Shown here: piece by piece, positions 1 to 6,387 of the stretch
How positions within the stretch are numbered: position 1 is the first letter of the stretch
Layout of the letters: each line of letters starts with the position of its first letter
IMG/VR virus record: IMGVR_UViG_3300037634_004381
Coordinates: 1 to 33,845 of that record
Origin: a virus
Taxonomy: Duplodnaviria; Caudoviricetes
Direction: 5' to 3' (one strand)
Length of the DNA: 33,845 nucleotides
Position numbers and translations under genes: made by a program
Notes under the pieces: generated by a model
Told to the model about the DNA's origin: nothing
Database searches by the model: none
The model's input: only the letters and a program-made list of their open reading frames with translations

Positions 1-375
1 TAAGAAATATGAAACGCTTTTCGTGTATGCATAAAATCTCACTTCCGGTAGTTTGATACAGATATCTTTCCATTTTTGGACATATAAAGGTGAATAAAAG
101 TCTCCTCCATCGTGAATTCTGACAACGTTTGCCTTACTTTTCTGAATTTCTTCTATAATTCTTTGAGAAAACGTTGTTTTTTTTGATTCTTTTCGATTAT
201 ATTCCCGTTTATTTATAACTACTGGGAAAACAAATCTTCCTTTCTCATGTGCATAACAGTTTTTTTTACAACTATTTGCCATTGGACATGTTTTCCTAGC
301 GGTATGGCCGTAAGAAGCTACCACGTCATTAGTGTTAAATGCTTTACCAAACTTAGTTAATAATTTCTTTTCCAT
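1..375 (-). CDS. GP88-family (gene product 88-like) Cys-cluster protein, partial (runs off the left edge)
   Basis: Absent from the ORF track; manual translation from ATG 375 gives MEKKLLTKFGKAFNTNDVVASYGHTARKTCPMANSCKKNCYAHEKGRF...VVRIHDGGDFYSPLYVQKWKDICIKLPEVRFYAYTKS. CPxxxxCxxxCYA, RIHDxGDF and FYAYTKS are the motifs I associate with GP88. SD-like AGGGG upstream. Confidence 0.8.
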   Translation of the reverse strand, partial: MEKKLLTKFGKAFNTNDVVASYGHTARKTCPMANSCKKNCYAHEKGRFVFPVVINKREYNRKESKKTTFSQRIIEEIQKSKANVVRIHDGGDFYSPLYVQKWKDICIKLPEVRFYAYTKSVSYFL

Positions 376-445
376 AATTTCCCCTAGTCGTGTAAATTGG
401 CGATTGAATTGCCATATTACACGGTTAATCGGCAAGTCAATGCCA

Positions 446-535
446 TTAATATGTTAAGTAAGCATTAACAATTACAACTAGATACAAAACAAAACCATAT
501 GCTAGTAGTAATATTAATACCTTATCGTTATTCAT
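446..535 (-). CDS. 29-aa single-pass membrane peptide
   Basis: Manual translation MNNDKVLILLLAYGFVLYLVVIVNAYLTY*; its start overlaps the upstream stop (ATGAATAA), suggesting translational coupling. Confidence 0.55.
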   Translation of the reverse strand: MNNDKVLILLLAYGFVLYLVVIVNAYLTY

Positions 536-758
536 TTCTTAACTCGAATAGATCATTATTGAGTTGTTCAACATCAATCTCTTTATCGTTATATTTTGTC
601 CCGTCAGGAGTCTCGAATAAATCGAAATCAGCTAACCATTGCACGAAGTTTTGATAGCTACCTTGTTCCTTAGCTATACCATGCAATAATCGACCGTTCT
701 TGATCCATAAAGCGACATTCCAAGTCTTTTTATTTGTCCACCCTTCATATTTAGTCAT
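528..758 (-). CDS. Conserved small phage protein (Y-x-G-W-T-N-x-x-T-W-N-V-A-L-W family)
   Basis: N-terminus YEGWTNKKTWNVALWI resembles a widespread phage hypothetical family; GGAGA SD upstream. Confidence 0.8.
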   Translation of the reverse strand: MTKYEGWTNKKTWNVALWIKNGRLLHGIAKEQGSYQNFVQWLADFDLFETPDGTKYNDKEIDVEQLNNDLFELRNE

Positions 759-791
759 TGTGAATTCTCCAAGTAATTCTAATTTTACCGT

Positions 792-809
792 TTTCGTGAC
801 GTCACGAAA
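792..809. promoter_or_regulatory. Perfect 18-bp palindrome TTTCGTGACGTCACGAAA, operator-like
   Basis: Self-complementary; intergenic between the 823-975 and 528-758 ORFs. Confidence 0.55.
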
Positions 810-822
810 TTGGTCTCAATTG

Positions 823-975
823 TTAGTCTCTACATAATTCTGATTTATAAAACTCTTTAACTTCATCTTCCGACATCCATCCAAGTAAGTTTTCAATTAA
901 CCTACTAGTATCCCATAATCCATCATACATTTCGGTTAATAATCTCATTGTGTATCTTCTTGTTACGTCATTCAT
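823..975 (-). CDS. 50-aa hypothetical phage protein
   Basis: Below ORF-track cutoff; MNDVTRRYTMRLLTEMYDGLWDTSRLIENLLGWMSEDEVKEFYKSELCRD*, with AGGAG SD at the end of the upstream gene. Confidence 0.75.
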   Translation of the reverse strand: MNDVTRRYTMRLLTEMYDGLWDTSRLIENLLGWMSEDEVKEFYKSELCRD

Positions 976-978
976 TGT

Positions 979-1191
979 TTATTCTCCTTTCTTGTGTTGT
1001 TCCATTATCTCACCCACAGCTTGACTAAACTTTAGCCTATCTTTGTTTTTCTCTTTGCATTTAGTGCAAAGATATGTCATTTCTAATCTAATTGTTCCCG
1101 ATTTTATGTCGTAAATACTATTAGATGATCTAATATGTAGGTCTTCTTCTACTCCGCAACACTCACATTCTTTTCTAATATGTTTAGACAT
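979..1191 (-). CDS. Small Zn-ribbon-like protein
   Basis: CECCG and CTKC Cys pairs; GGGAG SD. Confidence 0.75.
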   Translation of the reverse strand: MSKHIRKECECCGVEEDLHIRSSNSIYDIKSGTIRLEMTYLCTKCKEKNKDRLKFSQAVGEIMEQHKKGE

Positions 1192-1205
1192 TTTTAATCT
1201 CCCTT

Positions 1206-1430
1206 TTAGTAACCATGGTAGTTATCTAATATTTTCTTAGTATTATGATTCCTAATTTGCCAACTCATGTCTTTATTATCTTCTACTAGTTTGTCAAATT
1301 TACCTTTTGCTTGCTCGTAAGTAGGATAAAAAACCGCATAGAATAGGTTTATCTCAAAGTCTCTATCGCCTAATGGCCTATACTTTTTCATACTCATATT
1401 GTTTTTTCCGTAAATTAAATAATTAAACAT
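1206..1430 (-). CDS. Hypothetical protein (start revised to MFNYLIYGK)
   Basis: AAGGAG SD precedes ATG 1430; this start removes the overlap with the upstream ORF. Confidence 0.7.
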   Translation of the reverse strand: MFNYLIYGKNNMSMKKYRPLGDRDFEINLFYAVFYPTYEQAKGKFDKLVEDNKDMSWQIRNHNTKKILDNYHGY

Positions 1431-1483
1431 TTTTATTCTCCTTTCTATTCCGAAACTCTTATTAATAGGATTGAACATGTTGT

Positions 1484-1690
1484 TCAAACTATCGAAGCTC
1501 TTTGTCTTTGACATATTCTTTGATAAAGAGATTGACGTTGAACAACTTCAAATGTTTGGGTAGAAATAAGGTCAGTTAACTCTGGTATTCTATTATCTTT
1601 TGGGTATTGCTCTTCTAATGTATGCAGTGCGGTAATAATAATACGGTATTGATCTTCCGTTATATTAGGTAATATGTTTTTAGTTTCCAT
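1484..1690 (-). CDS. Hypothetical protein
   Basis: 68-aa ORF with AGGAG SD; N-terminus (ILPNITEDQY) resembles the neighbour's (LLPKLTNDEY). Confidence 0.7.
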   Translation of the reverse strand: METKNILPNITEDQYRIIITALHTLEEQYPKDNRIPELTDLISTQTFEVVQRQSLYQRICQRQRASIV

Positions 1691-1711
1691 TAAGTATTCT
1701 CCTGTTTAATT

Positions 1712-1945
1712 TCAAAGACTAAAATCTTCAAATTCTATGGCATTGCTGATATTATCTGGTGCATCTTTAGTAATTTTGGATATTAATTCCCTGATACTTT
1801 TATAATCTTCGTGACTAACATCATCAATTGTTGTTTCGCAACACAACAATAATAGCCACAAATTGCTTTCTATTACAGTCAAGCAAAGTATCAGCTTTTC
1901 GTATTCGTCATTAGTTAATTTGGGTAATAAATGTAATTTTTGCAT
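1712..1945 (-). CDS. Hypothetical protein
   Basis: 77-aa ORF, TAATG overlap with upstream gene, AGGAG SD. Confidence 0.7.
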   Translation of the reverse strand: MQKLHLLPKLTNDEYEKLILCLTVIESNLWLLLLCCETTIDDVSHEDYKSIRELISKITKDAPDNISNAIEFEDFSL

Positions 1946-2334
1946 TAAATAAGCTCCTGTTTGTTATCTGTTGCATTTTTAATCAAATGCCTTGAAGCTA
2001 CTTGCAAGCAATCTATTGCACTTTGAATGTGATGATCCCCACAATCTTCTGGTGAATACTCAAAATATGGGTCGCTTAATACTTCCGATATAGTTTCAAT
2101 CAATGGTGCAAGCTTATGAACGTTTGCACCGATGACGGGATTATGTGCTATATCTACGCATTTTTGTCTAAAAAAGGTAGATGTATTCATAGGTTTAAAG
2201 ATGAATTTCATCATGTCGGCTTTATTGTATTTAACTACAGTATTAACTTCTTTTGATAGTAAAGATGCTTCTTTGACGGTTTTTACAAAAGGTGATTTAG
2301 ATACGTCATTATGACGTTTGTTATTAGTTTTCAT
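1945..2334 (-). CDS. Hypothetical protein, first gene of the leftward cassette (start revised to MKTNNK)
   Basis: GGAGG SD 6 nt before ATG 2334. Confidence 0.75.
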   Translation of the reverse strand: MKTNNKRHNDVSKSPFVKTVKEASLLSKEVNTVVKYNKADMMKFIFKPMNTSTFFRQKCVDIAHNPVIGANVHKLAPLIETISEVLSDPYFEYSPEDCGDHHIQSAIDCLQVASRHLIKNATDNKQELI

Positions 2335-2364
2335 TTTTGTCCTCCAAGACATTTAATATCTATA

Positions 2365-2393
2365 ACGCTATCCTTGCAAATATCGTGTGTCAA
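2365..2393 (-). promoter_or_regulatory. Leftward sigma70-type promoter
   Basis: TTGACA-17 nt-TAGCGT on the minus strand, overlapped by inverted repeat ATCCTTG-N14-CAAGGAT (2370-2397). Confidence 0.6.
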
Positions 2394-2635
2394 GGATTAT
2401 TTTAATTATTTTTATCGTATAAATAAGATATACAAACGTATGACTAGGGTATTCATTTACGTCAAAGTAGAGTAGATACTGGACAAATCTGGACACGTGT
2501 CCATAAAAGACCATATGTCGTGATATTGTCAGATTACTATAATTGTGACAATAGTTGTTGTTAAGGAATGACTTCTAGCCAGTAAGTTAACAGATAATAC
2601 ATATGTAGGAAGTTTATTCTTTTATAAGCGCATCT

Positions 2636-2664
2636 TTGACTATTCGATTTTTTTATGCTAGGCT
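2636..2664 (+). promoter_or_regulatory. Rightward sigma70-type promoter firing into non-coding DNA
   Basis: TTGACT-17 nt-TAGGCT with TGn extension. Confidence 0.45.
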
Positions 2665-2714
2665 TTACTTTATGCCGGACTAACTTGTGAACAACAAGTT
2701 CATTAACAATAATC

Positions 2715-2870
2715 AATTACATTAATGGCAAGATAGGGTATAATTATACATAGATTAATCTTAAGTGCATAGTTGAATAAACATAGATTAGTCTTAAATG
2801 CATAGCAAAACTATCAACGTTTAATTTAAACTGTATGTTTAACTAGGACTAAACGTCTGAGTAAACTGTA
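2715..2870. repeat. Degenerate ~33-bp tandem repeat
   Basis: ACATAGATTAATCTTAAGTGCATAG (2748) and ACATAGATTAGTCTTAAATGCATAG (2781) match 23/25; weaker copies at ~2715, 2814 and 2850. Confidence 0.7.
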
Positions 2871-3289
2871 CCACTACGATGACATATAGATTCGGAGATT
2901 ACTTAATTAAACTACGGTTTATGTTAGCGATTATTCCTTAAAAGCCACTACCATTTAATGCACTGTATAAGGTTAGATTAACTTTATTACCGACATTGTA
3001 ATAGTACTAAGACAATACTATCAATCATTAGTGATAACAATAACTTAGGGGATTAATTTTTTAGCGGTTAATTCCGATTGAGTATATGTAGTTACAGGGT
3101 AACGTACTTCGGGTATATATACACCTATATATCCTAGTAATATCAACAACTAGACGCACCGTTTCGGGTATATAGATCAGTATTATTTCATGGGGGGCTA
3201 GGGGGTTAGCTCTTCACTCTTAATATATTGTCCCTTTCCTACCTATTAAAAAACAAAAAACCATAATCCAAAAAACAAGGAGAATTGTT

Positions 3290-3556
3290 ATGGGCGTAAT
3301 AAACACAAGATTAAAAAAAGCTACTCAATGCAAATTCTGTCAACAAGAGATCAGGTTTAGTCTAAGAACTCCCTATGATAGAGATGGAAGTATACATGAA
3401 TGTCATGAGTATAAGGAATCTAGGAAGAATGCGAAGATTGACCTTAGTGAAGTAGATCCGGAATTGCTAGCACAGTATGAAAACGGGATGAACGAACATG
3501 CCAAAAGTAAGAAGTACAGTGTAAGAAAGCCTACGTATGTAATTCCAGCCAGTTAG
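3290..3556 (+). CDS. Small Zn-binding protein (CxxC...HxC)
   Basis: CKFC...HEC motif; AAGGAG SD. Confidence 0.75.
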   Translation: MGVINTRLKKATQCKFCQQEIRFSLRTPYDRDGSIHECHEYKESRKNAKIDLSEVDPELLAQYENGMNEHAKSKKYSVRKPTYVIPAS

Positions 3557-3650
3557 TGCTTGTAACGTAAAATCAATAGTTTAACCTTCGCGAAATTTTA
3601 GGCGCAAGTGTACTTATATATCTAGTATCTAACTTATATCTCTATGTATA

Positions 3651-3717
3651 TGGTTTACTCAGTAGTTCTTAAGATGTTTTGTGTTTGTTTTGCAGTTGGC
3701 TGGTTTACTCAGTAGTT
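3651..3717. repeat. 17-bp direct repeat TGGTTTACTCAGTAGTT, two copies
   Basis: Exact copies at 3651-3667 and 3701-3717, 33 nt apart. Confidence 0.85.
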
Positions 3718-3788
3718 AAGAGGTAGTAAGATTATTGTCTCTCCCTCCATCTCGTCACCTCAATCCTTCGTCTTCGGGAGAGAACCTC

Positions 3789-3816
3789 ATTATACCAAGA
3801 GGGAACGATTTGTCAA
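3789..3816 (-). promoter_or_regulatory. Consensus leftward sigma70 promoter
   Basis: TTGACA-16 nt-TATAAT with TGn extension on the minus strand. Confidence 0.75.
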
Positions 3817-3826
3817 CCGGAAAAAT

Positions 3827-3855
3827 TTGATTTTTTTTACGAGATGTGTTATCGT
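3827..3855 (+). promoter_or_regulatory. Rightward promoter, back-to-back with the previous one
   Basis: TTGATT-17 nt-TATCGT with TGn extension. Confidence 0.5.
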
Positions 3856-3880
3856 GTGGTTATGGATAAGGAGATTAGTT

Positions 3881-4033
3881 ATGGAACCCAAAGTATATTG
3901 GCATAATTACCTTAAGGAAGATCTTGATTTTCTTATATCTAAGTTGAGAGATAAAGAGGAAGTCATTGTTAATTTGACGGAAGAGATTAAGTATCTTCAG
4001 CGAGAATTAACGGAGATGAATTTGCCTAATTGA
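3881..4033 (+). CDS. Small coiled-coil protein (start revised to MEPKVYW)
   Basis: AAGGAG SD before ATG 3881; heptad pattern IVNLTEEIKYLQREL. Confidence 0.65.
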   Translation: MEPKVYWHNYLKEDLDFLISKLRDKEEVIVNLTEEIKYLQRELTEMNLPN

Positions 4034-4063
4034 TCCAATTTCTGGTTGGGTTATAATGGGTAG

Positions 4064-4291
4064 ATGAGTGACGAAGATCCATGCGGTTCGGATGGTAGGG
4101 AAGATACTATCCTCGAATTTCCAAGAAATGATATTCATTTAGAGAGAATAGATTCTGTTCTTGAGTATATTCAAGCGTGTACAGACGAGACTGGAGAAAA
4201 CGAGTGGGAGTATTTCCGGATGCATCTTGAACATAAAGCCATTGAATTAAGGGTCTTGTATAAAGTCTGGAGAGACGCGGGATACGAATAG
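4064..4291 (+). CDS. Acidic hypothetical protein, probably leaderless
   Basis: 75-aa ORF; TATAAT (4052-4057) lies 6 nt before the ATG. Confidence 0.65.
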   Translation: MSDEDPCGSDGREDTILEFPRNDIHLERIDSVLEYIQACTDETGENEWEYFRMHLEHKAIELRVLYKVWRDAGYE

Positions 4292-4335
4292 TTTGCCGTG
4301 TATGCCTGTTTTGTTTAATCAGATATACTATAAGG

Positions 4336-4542
4336 ATGAAGAAAGGAATCGTTATAATTTCTTTACTGTTAACTTCTTGCCAATTCAATATTGGGAAAGG
4401 TGATTATCTTGATGGTTGCACCGAGGGATCTCGGAGATTTATCGAGTTATCTATCAGACAAGCTTTACCAACCAAACAGTTACGAGAGCTTAGAAAGATC
4501 TGTGATACTTTTTATGAGGACGAAAGGTTTTCAAGAAGATAG
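4336..4542 (+). CDS. Small lipoprotein
   Basis: MKKGIVIISLLLTS-C: basic N-terminus, hydrophobic core and lipobox LTSC. Confidence 0.7.
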   Translation: MKKGIVIISLLLTSCQFNIGKGDYLDGCTEGSRRFIELSIRQALPTKQLRELRKICDTFYEDERFSRR

Positions 4543-4672
4543 TAAAGATGTATTTTATTTGTGGGAGTAGTAGGTTGTTTTTAATAACCTTTAGGTCCTT
4601 CTATGGGCATACTCCTGCCTACTTGATTTCTATCTCGTGGCTTGTTACACTTATGGAAACAATGGTGAAAAA

Positions 4673-5371
4673 ATGACAGACATATTACTAGACAAAGTTT
4701 TAGAAAAAATAAGTGACAAGAAAATACGTCAAACATTAAAGAGCGACTTGCCAGAGCGAGCCGTATTTGGATCCGGCGGACTCTCTGCATTCTTAGGGAC
4801 CCAGAAGTTACCGCCGGAGGCGTATGGTGTAAACTATTCGAACTTATCAGAACCTTACCAAAAAGCAATAGGAGAAGTTGCCGATTTAGATTTAAGAAAA
4901 ATAAGATCTAAAAGTGGTCAAACTGCGCTCCGAAAAGCACTTGCTAAACAAAATATTTCTGGATCGAAAGCGGATGATTTTATTAATTCTGTTAGAGAGT
5001 CTGCGGAAGTTTGGTTAGATAAGAAAACTAAAAAGATATTAAAGTCTTCAGCTAAGGGATCTTCTCCTAAAAAGTTGGGTGAGATTGTTGATATGGTTAA
5101 GACCAATAAACAAGGCGTTCCAAAGATTAAAACTATTGGAAGATACTTAGGTAAAGCGTTGAGAGGTTTAGGTACTGCGAAAGCTATGGGTACTGGAGCT
5201 GTTCTTGGTGCATTACTTGTTAAGGCGATTGACTTAGGAATCGAAGAAGAACGGCCGGAAGAAGTTGTTGCCTCTCCTGAAGTTGAACCAGTACAAGAAG
5301 AGGTTCCAAAAAAAGTTGAATCTTTAGAAGACATAAGAGCAAAAGCAAAAGAACTAAGGGGTAGGTTATGA
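4673..5371 (+). CDS. Hypothetical K/A/G-rich protein with glycine-zipper-like segment (start revised to MTDILL)
   Basis: GGTGA SD; promoter TTGATT-17-TACACT at 4623-4651; GTAKAMGTGAVLGALLV segment. Confidence 0.75.
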   Translation: MTDILLDKVLEKISDKKIRQTLKSDLPERAVFGSGGLSAFLGTQKLPPEAYGVNYSNLSEPYQKAIGEVADLDLRKIRSKSGQTALRKALAKQNISGSKADDFINSVRESAEVWLDKKTKKILKSSAKGSSPKKLGEIVDMVKTNKQGVPKIKTIGRYLGKALRGLGTAKAMGTGAVLGALLVKAIDLGIEEERPEEVVASPEVEPVQEEVPKKVESLEDIRAKAKELRGRL

Positions 5372-5694
5372 GTTTAGTAAACTTAGCGAAAGCACAAGAA
5401 GAAATGAAACTAAGTGAGCTTGATAAGATTATTAAGGTCATAGAACAAAAACACAAAAGTATGGAAGCCGAAGCTAAGGCACCGTTAGAGTTTGAAAGAG
5501 ATCGTTCAAAAAGTCGGCTCGACGGCATCAAATCTGAAATCAAAAGACAAAAGATAAATAAGGATATCCTCATGGAAATACTTGATATGAGGGAAGAAAA
5601 TGCGGGTAAAGCATTAGTTGGTAACTCTCCGGTTCCTGTTGATTCGGATGCTCAAGGTCTACCTTTGTTAGACCAGCTTGCCAATAGAAGATAA
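5368..5694 (+). CDS. Coiled-coil hypothetical protein
   Basis: ATGA overlap with upstream gene; helical and charged. Confidence 0.75.
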   Translation: MSLVNLAKAQEEMKLSELDKIIKVIEQKHKSMEAEAKAPLEFERDRSKSRLDGIKSEIKRQKINKDILMEILDMREENAGKALVGNSPVPVDSDAQGLPLLDQLANRR

Positions 5695-5706
5695 TCCTTA
5701 TAGTAT
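5678..5706 (+). promoter_or_regulatory. Promoter for a probably leaderless terS transcript
   Basis: TTGCCA-17 nt-TAGTAT, 6 nt before ATG 5713; no SD. Confidence 0.5.
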
Positions 5707-5712
5707 TTTATT

Positions 5713-6375
5713 ATGGAAGAGAAAGCGATTTCTATATCTGATATATCTCCAGAGATATTATCATCCGCTGTTTATCAGCGTATGGTGGCGATCCCCACTG
5801 ATCTTAGGCGTTTACCTGAGAAGACTCTGCGTAACAAATTAAAACCTAGCATAGAGCAAGTACAGCTCAAAAATCAGTTTCACGAAGAAATGAAACGTGC
5901 CAAGAACAGTAAAAAGAAAATGGTAATGAAGAGGGTATTTGCTAACATCTATAAAAAAGATTTTTTCTACGAGAATGTATTATATGACCACTTGTTGCTT
6001 GCATGGGTAACAACTCCAGTGATTGATTTGGAATTAAAGATTCAAGCAGCTTTATCTTTAGTAACTGATCGTTTCGAAGAGTTAGTTAGTATGGATATCA
6101 ACACAACTAAAAATGTGAAGGTTGATGGAGTATGGACAGCAGTTTCAGAAGTTTGTCCTAAGAAAGCATCAGTTTTGGTTTCAGTAATAAAACTTTTATC
6201 CGATAGACATATGGGACTTGCGATACAAAAGCAGGTTACTTTAAATGTTAATGAGCCAAGCACTTTAGAAGGTGAACAGGCAGAACTTGATATGGATAAA
6301 GTTAATACTAGATTAAAGGAACTCGAAGAAAAATTAGGAGAGACAAGGGTTACTGTTTTACCTGATATAGATTAG
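5713..6375 (+). CDS. terS: Putative terminase small subunit
   Basis: Immediately upstream of terL; 220 aa, helical, C-terminal beta strand QKQVTLNV. Positional inference. Confidence 0.55.
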   Translation: MEEKAISISDISPEILSSAVYQRMVAIPTDLRRLPEKTLRNKLKPSIEQVQLKNQFHEEMKRAKNSKKKMVMKRVFANIYKKDFFYENVLYDHLLLAWVTTPVIDLELKIQAALSLVTDRFEELVSMDINTTKNVKVDGVWTAVSEVCPKKASVLVSVIKLLSDRHMGLAIQKQVTLNVNEPSTLEGEQAELDMDKVNTRLKELEEKLGETRVTVLPDID

Positions 6376-6387
6376 CTAGGGGGAACT

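Noticed and set aside
2748-2805. CRISPR array
   Set aside because: Units are separated by only 8 nt and decay progressively; this is a tandem repeat.
3651-3717. CRISPR or TIGR-like mini-array
   Set aside because: Only two 17-bp copies with no internal hairpin, and no Cas or Nop-domain gene recognised; kept only as a repeat and sRNA candidate.
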